From Terriglobia bacterium (GTDB taxonomy: Bacteria > Acidobacteriota > Terriglobia > JAJPHL01 > JAPKYU01): a DNA stretch of 64,000 nucleotides. Under the pieces are notes generated by a model. It did not search any database and was not told the origin of the DNA. It saw only the letters and a program-made list of their open reading frames with translations. The stretch is from contig CBDCVK010000008.1 in assembly GCA_965223005.1 (NCBI GenBank), forward strand, positions 128,001 through 192,000. Direction: 5' to 3'. Shown piece by piece: positions 1 to 10,172 of this stretch; positions within the stretch are counted from its first letter, which is position 1; every line of letters starts with the position of its first letter. Position numbers and translations under genes: made by a program.

Positions 1-3000
1 GCCACTCAATGCGGGTGGAGGGAGACGCCTGGCAGACTTCGTGGCTCTTGCCCCCGGGGTGGCGACTGGACACTTTTCTTTCAACATCAACGGCGGCCAG
101 ATGCTGTCCAGCCAGATTCTGATCGATGGCCTCGACGTGAGTGGGGTGCTTGCGACCCCCGGCGATACGCGTCCCTTAACGCTGCCGCCGGAGGCTGTCC
201 AGGAATTCACGCTGGTCACCAGCAACGCTTCGGCCCAGTTCGGCAATACGGGCGGGGGCATCCTCAGCTTTTCCGTGCGGTCTGGAACCAATGCGCTTCA
301 TGGGAACGTCTATGAGTTTCTCCGCAATGACAAGCTCGATACGCGAGGGTTCTTCCCTGCGGCGCGGTCGATCAACCGTCAGTAATGATTACGGGGGAAG
401 TGTCGGTGGACCGATCATCATTCCACGACTGTATAGCGGCAAGAACCGCTCGTTCTTCTTCTTCAACCTCAACAGATTCGTAGTGCGACGGGCGCCTCAG
501 AGCCGCTTCATTTCCATTCCCTCGGTTGCCTTCAAAAAAGGTGACTTATCCGCGCTGAGGGACCGGACGGGAAATCTGATCCCGATTTACGACCCGGCCA
601 CCACGCGTGCGGATGGCATGGGAGGGTTCACCCGGGATCCCTTCCCCGGGAACATGATCCTCGAGGATCGTTTTAGCGCGATATCCAGAAAGGCAGTCGG
701 ATTCTATCCGGATCCTGAACGTTCCGGAATCGTCGACAATTTCCTGGAGTAAGGTGGTGAACCAAACCAACAAGGATAATTTCACGATTAAAGTTGACCA
801 TAGGATTACTTCCGTCCACAGCGTGAGTGTCACGTTAAATCGAGAGCACAACCCCACCGTTCAATGCTCCAATCCTTGTTTTTCCCCTGAGGATGTCGGG
901 GCAACTTCAATCCGTGACTTCGACTTCAATCAAAGCCTTGCCCGGGCTACGTACGACTGGATCGTCAGCCCAACGGTACTGTTGCATCTGACTGCGGGAG
1001 TGAACCGGCAAGGCTTCATCTCCAACTTTCGTCATGCCGGGTTACTGTGGGCGGAGCGGTTAGGGCTCAAAGGTGTCCTCGGCAATGGCCCCTTTCCGAC
1101 GATAGAGATGCCCCCGTTTATCCACCTGGGGAACAGGGGCCTGGGCACGGATGATGCCCTCCAGGGCACCAACTTTCACTACACGGAAAGCCTCTCCTTG
1201 GTTAGGAGACGGCACAATTTCAAGTTCGGCGCAGAGCAACGCTACCTGCGCACGGATCACCGCCGTCCGACCAACAGCGGCAGGTTCTTTTTTTCCCGGA
1301 ATGAGACCGCGTTCCCCGGACAAATTAGGAATCCCATCACTGGGGCGCTCGCTGACGGAAGATCGGTGACGGGGAACTCCTTTGCCAGTTTTCTGCTGGG
1401 ATGGGTGGATCGGGCCGATCACCATGTTCAGGAGTTTGCTGGTGCCTCTCGATTTGGCTACTATGGCGCCTACTTTCCCAGGATGACATCAACTGGGGCG
1501 CTCGCTGACGGAAGATCGGTGACGGGGAACTCCTTTGCCAGTTTTCTGCTGGGATGGGTGGATCGGGCCGATCACCATGTTCAGGAGTTTGCTGGTGCCT
1601 CTCGATTTGGCTACTATGGCGCCTACTTTCAGGATGACATCAAGTTCACGCGGAACTTCACTCTGAATTTGGGAATCAGGTGGGATCTCTACCTGCCCAT
1701 GTACGGGGTTCACGATAATTACTCCATCATGGACCCCTCGGTTCCCAATCCTGATGCCGGAGGGTTGGCGGGAGCTATGATTTTTGCAGGATTTGGCCCG
1801 GGTCGTGCCGGAAGACGGCGGCTCACGCCCCCGATCTCGTGGAACAATTACGCGCCCCGCCTTGGTCTTGCCTGGTCGATGACGCCGAATTGGGTCATGC
1901 GCGCCGGTTACGGCATTAGCTACTTCGGCCCCGCCTCAGCGGGAACCGGATCCATCCGTGAGTACAACGTAGGATTCGCTGCCGAGCCGCTGGTTCGGTC
2001 GACGGATAATGGGGTCACACCGGCTTTCTCCTGGGACGATGGATTTCCTTTCTTTGTGAGGCCACCCTTCATCGACCCTGTCACTGCGAACGGCGGGCAA
2101 ACCTCCCTGTGGGACCCGAACGCTTCCGAGCCTGCCTATACGCAGAACTGGCACTTCACGGTTCAAAGACAGCTGACGCCAGGCTGGCTGCTCGATGCCG
2201 CCTACGTAGCTTCCAAAGGAACGAGACTCAACAGCGGGGCGATCAACGCCAATCAGGTCCACCCCTCTTTTCTTGCATTGGGGAACTTGTTGACCAAGCC
2301 GATAGATGATTCGGAGGTGGCGGCTGCCGGTTTTCGCCCTCCATACCCCGGTTTCGAGGGAAGCCTCGCACAGGCCTTGCGACCTTTCCCACAGTATCTG
2401 TTCGTGGGAACAAGCGCAAATCTGGTCTCAATTCCCTTACTGGGCGGCGCCCAAATTGGAAATTCCACTTACCACTCCTTGCAGTTGAAGCTGGAAAAGC
2501 AGTTTTCCAAGGGCTTGTTCCTGCTGGCTTCCTATACCTGGTCCAAGTACATCACCGACGCCAGTTCCAGCATGGGCGGCTTCTTCGGCACCACCTCGCG
2601 TGACCATTACAACCGGAGCCTGGCAAAATCACTTTCACTCAGCAACCTGCCGCAACGGCTGGCTATAGCGTTTAACTACGAGCTGCCGATTGGCCCGGGC
2701 AAGCCTTTTGTGGGGAATGCGACAGGGCCTGTCGGGAAGCTTCTTCGAGGTTGGCAGCTCAATGGCGTTCTGGACTACTCGTCCGGTGACCCAATCACAG
2801 TGCAAGTCGCAAATGCGATGCCCTTGTTCAACAATCTCAATCTGCCCGACGTGGTTCCGGGCGTGCCTCAGACACTGGACGCCGACGAACGCGGCGCCCA
2901 GTACCTCAACCCAGAGGCTTTTGCGGTGCCCCCGCCCTTCACCTTTGGGAACGCGCCCAGGGTTACTGGCATCCGAGGGTTCGCTCGTTTAAATGAGAAC

Positions 3001-3192
3001 CTGGGGATAGCCAAGCGGACCTTCATTACCGAAACAGTCAACGTTGAGCTTCGTTTTGAGATGTTTAACGCCTTCAACCGCCATCGGTGGGGGGGGATCC
3101 GGAATAATGTGAGTGATCCTTTCAATTTCGGTAGGGTCACCGGGGCAGGTGGGAACAGACAGGGACAGTTCGCACTGAAGATCAACTTTTGA
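1..3192 (+). pseudogene. TonB-dependent receptor (Oar-like, Acidobacteria type), 5'-truncated by the window edge and split into three frames by two +1 indels; may be an intact gene with sequencing errors
   Basis: ORFs 41..385, 291..752 and 754..3192 carry consecutive TBDR motifs (EAVQEFTLVTSNASAQFG, SGTNALHGNVYEFLRND, YFQDDIKFTRNFTLNLGIRWD, NNYAPRLGLAW) and end in the beta-signal RQGQFALKINF. Removing one T near 383 and one near 750 joins them. Confidence 0.85.
1339..1643 (+). repeat. Tandem duplication, 153-bp period, inside the TBDR
   Basis: ACTGGGGCGCTCGCTGACGG... starts at 1339 and again at 1492; copy 1 has an extra CC near its end; the protein repeats TGALADGRSVTGNSFASFLLG...YYGAYF. Confidence 0.95.
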
Positions 3193-3357
3193 CAGCCGAA
3201 GTGCCCGACTTGGCGATCGGCCCGCGCCTTATTCGGTTCTTCCGCCTATTCAGTTCTTCCGGAGGACCAGTTAGTTTCAATTCCCTTTCCGCCTGCCCCT
3301 TGACTCAGAAAGCGTAGAGGGTCAGAATTTAGGAACCCGCAACTGGAGCAGGGAGCC

Positions 3358-6300
3358 ATGACGAAAGGGCGTTGGCGTTTGCTCGATTACCTGGGGATTG
3401 GTGTTTTCGGGCATTGGCTTCTTCTGGGTCCGGCCGTCGCTTCGCCTGCCGACTCCAAGGCCGTCGAATTCAATCGCGACATCCGGCCCATCCTGTCCGA
3501 CAAGTGCTTCACCTGTCACGGCCCCGATCCGTCGCAGCGCATGAGCAAGTTGCGGCTCGACACGAAAGCTGGAGCGTTTGCCGACCTCGAAGGGAAGTCT
3601 GCCATCGTGCCGGGCAAGCCGGCCCGGAGCGAGATGTACCGGCGTATTTCCTCCTCTGACCCGGCGGTGAAAATGCCCCCCGCATTTTCCGGTCGCACGC
3701 TCACCGCTCCGGAGATCGAACTGATCCGCCGCTGGATCGAGCAAGGCGCCAAGTGGCAAACGCAGCACTGGTCTTTCATCCCACCCCGCCCTCCGGCCCT
3801 CCCGCAAGTCCACACCCGGAGCTGGCCACGCGGCGCGATTGATTTCTTCGTGTTGGACCGACTGGAGCGGGATGGGCTCCGTCCTTCTCCCGAAGCCGAC
3901 AAGGCCACGCTGATTCGCCGCGTGAGCTTGGACCTGACCGGGTTGCCGCCCACCCCGGACGAAATTGACGGCTTCTTGCAAGACCCTTCGCCCAACGCCT
4001 ACGAGAAGGTGGTAGACCGGCTGCTCCAATCCCCACGGTACGGCGAGCGGATGGCGACACGATGGCTGGACGCGGCGCGCTATGCGGATACCAATGGGTA
4101 TCAGACGGACGGCGAACGCAGCATGTGGCGTTGGCGCGACTGGGTCATTGACGCCTTCAACCGGAACATGCCCTTCGATCAGTTCACCATCGAGCAGATC
4201 GCGGGTGACATGCTGTCGAATCCCACGCAGGAACAGAGAATCGCCACCGGCTTCAATCGGAATCACCGCGGCAACGGCGAGGGCGGCATCATCCCGGAAG
4301 AATACGCGGTGGAATATGTAGTGGACCGGCTGGAGACAACCTCCACCGTCTGGCTGGGGCTGACCCTGGGTTGCGCTCGGTGTCACGATCACAAGTACGA
4401 CCCCTTTACCCAGAAAGATTTTTACCGGCTGTTCGCCTACTTCAACAACATCCCGGAAAAGGGAAGGGCGAATAAATACGGCAATTCGGCGCCCATAATC
4501 AAAGCCCCCACCGACGCTCAGAAAGCTCAAGTGCAGGAGCTGGAGAGGAAGCTGGAGGCCGCGGAAAAGAAGTTTGCGAAGCTAGAGACTGCAATGGCCG
4601 AAGCGCAGCGAAGCTGGGAGAAGGAGTTTGCCAGGACATCTGCGGTGGACTGGTCCATTGCGCGGGGGCTGGAGGTGCACTACCGCCTGGACGGCGATCT
4701 AGGCGGGAAGCCCGATTGTGCCCTCCCACAGGAAGGAGAGCCGGCATTCGTCACCGGCCGGGTTGGACAGGCGGCCAGTTTTGACGGCAAGCATTTCCTC
4801 GACGTCGGCGATATCGCGGGGTTCGGCTTCTACGACAAGTTCACCCTTGCGGCCTGGGTTTATCCCACAGCGGCGCAGGGGGCTATTGTCGCTAACGCCG
4901 AAGACGTCTCGGAGCCTAGGGGTTATGGGCTGTACCTGAAGGAGGGAAAGGTCCAGCTCAATCTCGTTTCGCGCTGGCTGGATGACTCGTTGCGCGTGCA
5001 AACCGAGGGGGCGCTGGAACTGAACCGCTGGCACCACGTTCTTGCGACCTATGACGCCTCCCACGTGGCCGACGGAGTCCGGATCTATGTGGACGGTGAA
5101 CCTCAGAAATTGGAGGTTCTGCTTGACGAGCTAAGCCAAGGATTCCATTTCCCAGGACACCGGCTGCGGATTGGCGCAGGCGGCGGCCTGGAGAACCGCT
5201 TCCGGGGCCATGTGGACGACGTGCGCGTCTACAACGTGGTCCTGCGGCCCGACGAGGCGGCAGTAGTCGCCACCTCTTCCTCGATTGCGGAGATCCTGGC
5301 TCTTCCTGGCGAGAAGAGATCGCGGCTGCAGTCGGAAAAAATCAAGTTGTATTTCCTGGAGGAGCAGGCCCCTGCAGAGATTCGGCAGGCCTGGGTGCAG
5401 GTGCGAGATCTGCGGGCGCAGAAGCAGAAATTCTTGGAGAGCATCCCCACCGTTATGGTCATGCAGGAGAGCGAGACGCCGCGCCCGACTCATCTGCTGA
5501 TCCGGGGAGCTTACGACCGGCCGGGAGAGAGGGTAAGTCCTGGAGTTCCTGGTGTTGTTGCCCCCTTGCCGCAGGGCTGGGAAAACAACCGCCTGGGCTT
5601 GGCGCGCTGGCTGGTGCACCCGTCCAATCCACTGACCGCGCGTGTCGTCGTGAATCGCTTCTGGCAGATGTACTTCGGCACTGGCCTGGTAAAAACTGCC
5701 GAAAACTTCGGTTTACAAGGGGAATGGCCCACTCATCCCGAACTCCTCGACTGGCTCGCTGCGGAGTTCGTCCAGACGGGTTGGAATGTCAAGGCGATGC
5801 AGAAACTGATTGTGAGCAGCGCGACCTACCGCCAGTCCTCCCAGGTAACGCCCGAGTTGCTGCAGAAGGATCCCGGGAATCGCTTGCTGGCTCGCGGACC
5901 GCGGTTGCGCCTGTCGGCGGGAATGGTCCGCGACCAGGCCCTTGCGATCGCCGGGCTCATGGTCGAAAAAATCGGGGGGCCCTCGGTCAAACCTTACCAA
6001 CCTGCCGGCTTGTGGAAGGAGCTGTCGGGAGATGAGTACAAACCAGACAAAGGAGAAAGCTTGTACCGCCGCAGCCTGTACACCTTCTGGAAACGGACTA
6101 TCCCGCCTCCCTCGATGATGGTTTTCGACGCGGCCGCGCGCGAGACCTGCATAGTGCTTGAAACCCGGACCAATACGCCGCTTCAGGCGCTCAATCTGAT
6201 GAATGACGTCACCTACCTGGAAGCGGCCCGTCTTCTCGCCGAACGAATGCTGACCGAGGGGGGCGGCACTCCTGAGGAGCGGATCGGCTATGCCTTCCGC

Positions 6301-6522
6301 CTGGCTACCGCACGCTGGCCATCGCGCAGAAGAGCTGAGATTTTGCTCGGTAGCTTCCGGTATTACCTGGAACAGTACCGGGCGGATCCGGAGGCGGCGC
6401 TCAAACTGCTCAGCATCGGCGAGTCCTCACGAAACGAGAAGCTGAACGCCAGCGAACTGGCAGCATACACGGCAGTGGCCAGCCTCATTCTGAACCTGGA
6501 TGAAACTGTCACGAAACAGTAG
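3358..6522 (+). CDS. Planctomycete-type cytochrome c / DUF1549 / LamG-like / DUF1553 (PSD1) protein
   Basis: Signal peptide; FNRDIRPILSDKCFTCHGPD; HWSFIPP; LIRRVSLDLTGLPP; SPRYGERMATRWLDAARYADT; CARCHDHKYDP; central LamG-like segment; NPLTARVVVNRFWQ; NTPLQAL. Confidence 0.92.
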   Translation: MTKGRWRLLDYLGIGVFGHWLLLGPAVASPADSKAVEFNRDIRPILSDKCFTCHGPDPSQRMSKLRLDTKAGAFADLEGKSAIVPGKPARSEMYRRISSSDPAVKMPPAFSGRTLTAPEIELIRRWIEQGAKWQTQHWSFIPPRPPALPQVHTRSWPRGAIDFFVLDRLERDGLRPSPEADKATLIRRVSLDLTGLPPTPDEIDGFLQDPSPNAYEKVVDRLLQSPRYGERMATRWLDAARYADTNGYQTDGERSMWRWRDWVIDAFNRNMPFDQFTIEQIAGDMLSNPTQEQRIATGFNRNHRGNGEGGIIPEEYAVEYVVDRLETTSTVWLGLTLGCARCHDHKYDPFTQKDFYRLFAYFNNIPEKGRANKYGNSAPIIKAPTDAQKAQVQELERKLEAAEKKFAKLETAMAEAQRSWEKEFARTSAVDWSIARGLEVHYRLDGDLGGKPDCALPQEGEPAFVTGRVGQAASFDGKHFLDVGDIAGFGFYDKFTLAAWVYPTAAQGAIVANAEDVSEPRGYGLYLKEGKVQLNLVSRWLDDSLRVQTEGALELNRWHHVLATYDASHVADGVRIYVDGEPQKLEVLLDELSQGFHFPGHRLRIGAGGGLENRFRGHVDDVRVYNVVLRPDEAAVVATSSSIAEILALPGEKRSRLQSEKIKLYFLEEQAPAEIRQAWVQVRDLRAQKQKFLESIPTVMVMQESETPRPTHLLIRGAYDRPGERVSPGVPGVVAPLPQGWENNRLGLARWLVHPSNPLTARVVVNRFWQMYFGTGLVKTAENFGLQGEWPTHPELLDWLAAEFVQTGWNVKAMQKLIVSSATYRQSSQVTPELLQKDPGNRLLARGPRLRLSAGMVRDQALAIAGLMVEKIGGPSVKPYQPAGLWKELSGDEYKPDKGESLYRRSLYTFWKRTIPPPSMMVFDAAARETCIVLETRTNTPLQALNLMNDVTYLEAARLLAERMLTEGGGTPEERIGYAFRLATARWPSRRRAEILLGSFRYYLEQYRADPEAALKLLSIGESSRNEKLNASELAAYTAVASLILNLDETVTKQ

Positions 6523-6540
6523 TCGCATGGAGAGTCACGG

Positions 6541-7995
6541 ATGGACCCACAGCTTGAACACAGGTTGCAGCTGACCCGCCGGCACTTTTTCGGCCGCTGC
6601 AGCACAAGCATCGGCATCGCCGCACTAGCCACGCTTCTGAAAGAAGACCTGCGCGGGGAAGACGCCAGTGCGCACGGCGGCCTCCCGGCTCTTCCTCACT
6701 TCGCGCCCCGAGCGAAGCGGATCATCTACCTGTTCCAGTCGGGGGCCCCCTCGCAGATGGACTTGTTCGACTATAAGCCCCGGCTAGCCGAGATACGGGG
6801 AGAGGAGCTGCCGAGCTCGATTCGCATGGGGCAGCGCTTGACGGTCATGACCTCCGGCCAGTCGAGTTTCCCGGTGGCGCCCTCGATTTTCAAATTTGCG
6901 CAGCACGGCGAGTCGGGCGCCTGGGTGAGCGACCTGATGCCGCACACCGCCAAGGTCGTGGACGAGCTGTGTTTCATCAAGTCCATGCACACCGAGGCGA
7001 TCAATCACGACCCGGCCATTACATTCTTCCAAACCGGCGCGCAGCTTGCAGGCCGCCCCAGTATTGGTGCCTGGCTGTCCTATGGATTGGGCAGCGATAA
7101 CAAAGACCTTCCGGGGTTTGTGGTGATGGTTTCCCAGGGTTCCGGAAACCCGGGCGGCCAGCCATTGTACGACCGCCTCTGGGGCAGTGGCTTCCTCCCC
7201 TCCAGGTACCAGGGAGTTAAGTTCCGCTCGGTGGGAGATCCGGTTCTTTATTTGTCTAATCCTCAAGGGTTCACCGACAACTCCCGGCGCCGCTTTATCG
7301 ACGACTTGGTCAAGCTCAACGAGTTGACCGTCGAGGAATTCGGAGACCCGGAGGTCCGTACACGCATTGCGCAATATGAGATGGCATACCGAATGCAGAC
7401 TTCGGTTCCCGAGTTGACGGATCTTTCCAAGGAACCGGAGCGGATCTTCGAGCTTTACGGACCGGATTCAAGAAAGCCGGGAACATTTGCATCCAACTGC
7501 ATCCTGGCCCGCCGCCTGGCGGAGCGGGGGGTGCGCTTCATCCAACTGTTCCACCGGGGCTGGGATCAACACCAGAAATTACCCAAACAGATCCGCGGGC
7601 AGTGCCGCGATACCGACCAGCCATCAGCTGCGCTCATACAGGACTTGAAGGAAAGAGGGCTGCTGGAAGACACCCTCGTTGTGTGGGGCGGGGAGTTCGG
7701 ACGGACCGTCTACTGCCAGGGGAAGTTAACAGCCGGCGACTACGGGCGCGACCACCATCCGCGCTGCTTTACGATCTGGATGGCCGGGGGCGGAATCAAG
7801 CCGGGCATCAGCTACGGGGAAACGGACGATTATTGCTATAACATCACGCGCGACCCGGTGCATGTCCACGACCTGAACGCTATCATTCTCCACTGCCTGG
7901 GGATTGACCATACGCGACTGACCTTCAAATACCAGGGACGCCACTTCCGCCTCACCGACGTGCACGGCGACGTCTTGAAGCAGCTTCTGGCCTAA
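6541..7995 (+). CDS. DUF1501 domain protein, Tat-type signal
   Basis: TRRHFF twin-arginine motif; [23 protein letters not shown]; GWDQH; WGGEFGRT; GRDHHP; RLTDVHG. Confidence 0.92.
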   Translation: MDPQLEHRLQLTRRHFFGRCSTSIGIAALATLLKEDLRGEDASAHGGLPALPHFAPRAKRIIYLFQSGAPSQMDLFDYKPRLAEIRGEELPSSIRMGQRLTVMTSGQSSFPVAPSIFKFAQHGESGAWVSDLMPHTAKVVDELCFIKSMHTEAINHDPAITFFQTGAQLAGRPSIGAWLSYGLGSDNKDLPGFVVMVSQGSGNPGGQPLYDRLWGSGFLPSRYQGVKFRSVGDPVLYLSNPQGFTDNSRRRFIDDLVKLNELTVEEFGDPEVRTRIAQYEMAYRMQTSVPELTDLSKEPERIFELYGPDSRKPGTFASNCILARRLAERGVRFIQLFHRGWDQHQKLPKQIRGQCRDTDQPSAALIQDLKERGLLEDTLVVWGGEFGRTVYCQGKLTAGDYGRDHHPRCFTIWMAGGGIKPGISYGETDDYCYNITRDPVHVHDLNAIILHCLGIDHTRLTFKYQGRHFRLTDVHGDVLKQLLA

Positions 7996-8032
7996 AGCGC
8001 GGGGCAAGATCGGAGTTCCCTAATGTCTTTCG

Positions 8033-8078
8033 TCGGTGGCCCCCATTCGGTGGCCCCCATGAGGATGGTGGTCCCCAG
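8033..8078. repeat. Short direct repeats TCGGTGGCCCCCAT x2 plus a degenerate third copy
   Basis: Exact 14-mers at 8033-8046 and 8047-8060; ATGGTGGTCCCCAG at 8065-8078. Confidence 0.7.
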
Positions 8079-8361
8079 TACTGGACATGGATGAAAACGC
8101 TTGGCGAGACGGCCACCCAACGATAACTTGTTTTAATGTAAGAGGTTATACTGTTGATAACGCTACTTCAATCTTACAATAAGAAGCTGTCATTCCTAAA
8201 AGCCCAAAATCCGTCTTCGGGCACCGGCGTTCCGAACACTTCCCACGACAGAATAGGCTTGATCATCGTGGTCAGTGATCGTGGTAAAATACAACTTCAG
8301 CACAACTGTGAGTACTGATGCTGGTTCAGACCGGCGTGTCCCTGAGGAGATCTGAATCGCC

Positions 8362-10152
8362 ATGACGAGGGTGAGTGGCGTATGGCTTTTGATAGCGGCA
8401 TTCATATTCGTATTGTCCCCAGTCGCAGGTTTGCCCGCCGAGAAGCCCAAGGCCAAGTCGACCCCAGAAATCATCTCGGTATACCCCTTAGGAGCAGCAA
8501 AGGGAGCTGTCTCGGAGATTGAGGTCCGGGGAAGCGATCTGGAGGGCGCTTATGCTGTCTGGTCTGGCAGTGAGGGGATTCAGGGGCGCATCAAGAAGAT
8601 CGAACCAATTACGTTGCTGAAGCTGGCGGCAGATGCACAAATCCTTGCGCAGAAAGAAGAGACACTGGGCCATCGGGTCTTGGTCGGCCTGGAAATCAGT
8701 TCCTCGGCCAAGCTGGGGCGCCACTCTCTGAGGCTGGTCTCGCCGCGAGGGCTGTCCAATGCTCACCCGTTCCTGGTGACAGCGGATCCGGTAGCGTTGG
8801 AGAGCCAGGCACCCCATAACGATCCGCCGAACCCGCAGCTGCTCAAGGCGCCGGCATTGCTGGGCGGCAAGATCTGGGAAAAAGGGGAAGCTGATTACTA
8901 TTCCTTTGACGCGCTCCCGGGAGAGGAAATCGAGTTTCACGCCGCCTCGAATACAACAAGCAACTCGGGCAAGTTTGATGCTCTACAGCTGACGCTTTAT
9001 GAACCGGGCGGCACTTGGTTCGACCCGAAGCGGCCGACGCGTCTGGCGTTCGCTGAGATTCCACGGCTGAAGTATACGTTCAGCAAGGGGGGCCGCTACC
9101 TGCTGCGTGTTGGGACCTATGCAGGAATTAGCGGTCCAGACATTGTCTATCTTCTACGCATCGCTCCGGCCCGTATCGCTCCGGTCCAGCCCTCAGCTGC
9201 CTTCAGCCAGACGGCAGACCTTCCTGAACTCCACGAGACGCTCATTGATCTGCTCAGAAAACCTTTCGTGCGAAGGCTAGAGCCGAACCACATCGAGAAG
9301 CTTCATGGAAGGAGCGTTCGGATGCCGCAGCCGGAGAAAGGCGCCGGGCAGAGCGCGTCCTCTGAAGCCAGCGGAGCACCGGAGCTCTTCGAGCCGGTTG
9401 TTTTGGAAGGAGCGATCGACCGTCCGGGGAAGGTCGACAGCTACAACCTGAAGCTCAAGGCCGGGCAGCGTTTGGCATTTGAGCTGGAGACGCCCGAGGC
9501 GACACTCCCGCAATTCAATCCCCGGCTGGAGCTGGTGGACGCCAGCGGGCAGGAGATCTGCAACAACTTCTGGAGAAGGGTCGGGGGCGACAACAATTAC
9601 TGGGTGAAGCTCCCACAGGCAAAAACCATATACACCCTCGAGCGGGACGGCGAATATGTGCTTCGCATTCGGGAACTGATCTCCCGCTTCGGCAATCAGT
9701 CCTTCAAGTATCGGATTCTGATTCGGCCGCAGGTCCCGCATGTAGGAAAGATCAAAGTCGAGGAAGACATCATCAACGTGGCGCCCGGGGAAGCCAGGAA
9801 GCTGTCGGTTACCGTGGAGCATCAGGAAGGATTTGCCGGCGACATTGCCCTGAGTCTTGAGAATCTACCCTCGGGGGTGCAGGCTTTGGCTGGCGCTGAG
9901 GAGCCACCTGCCAAAGCGGGGGAAATTGACTTGGGCAGGAAAGAGCAGTACGTTCCCAAGACCCAGAAGGTGGTGATCCTGGTGATGGGGACCCCCGATG
10001 CTGCGGCCACCCCGCTGCCGCAGGTGGCCCGGTTGGTTGCGCGGCCAGTTGTGGAGGGGCAAGTGGGTGCGCCGCTGTTGGTTCAGGAAATTCCGGTGAT
10101 GGTGACCAAGCCGGAGGCGGAGGCGACCGAGCTGGCCCGAAAAGGACCCTAG
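8362..10152 (+). CDS. Exported PPC (pre-peptidase C-terminal)-like domain protein, usual partner of DUF1501/DUF1553 genes
   Basis: Signal peptide; ISVYPLGAAKG, LRLVSPRGLSNA, GEADYYSF, GAIDRPGKVDSY motifs; genomic context. Confidence 0.75.
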   Translation: MTRVSGVWLLIAAFIFVLSPVAGLPAEKPKAKSTPEIISVYPLGAAKGAVSEIEVRGSDLEGAYAVWSGSEGIQGRIKKIEPITLLKLAADAQILAQKEETLGHRVLVGLEISSSAKLGRHSLRLVSPRGLSNAHPFLVTADPVALESQAPHNDPPNPQLLKAPALLGGKIWEKGEADYYSFDALPGEEIEFHAASNTTSNSGKFDALQLTLYEPGGTWFDPKRPTRLAFAEIPRLKYTFSKGGRYLLRVGTYAGISGPDIVYLLRIAPARIAPVQPSAAFSQTADLPELHETLIDLLRKPFVRRLEPNHIEKLHGRSVRMPQPEKGAGQSASSEASGAPELFEPVVLEGAIDRPGKVDSYNLKLKAGQRLAFELETPEATLPQFNPRLELVDASGQEICNNFWRRVGGDNNYWVKLPQAKTIYTLERDGEYVLRIRELISRFGNQSFKYRILIRPQVPHVGKIKVEEDIINVAPGEARKLSVTVEHQEGFAGDIALSLENLPSGVQALAGAEEPPAKAGEIDLGRKEQYVPKTQKVVILVMGTPDAAATPLPQVARLVARPVVEGQVGAPLLVQEIPVMVTKPEAEATELARKGP

Positions 10153-10172
10153 TCCGGCAAACTGAGGAAGCG

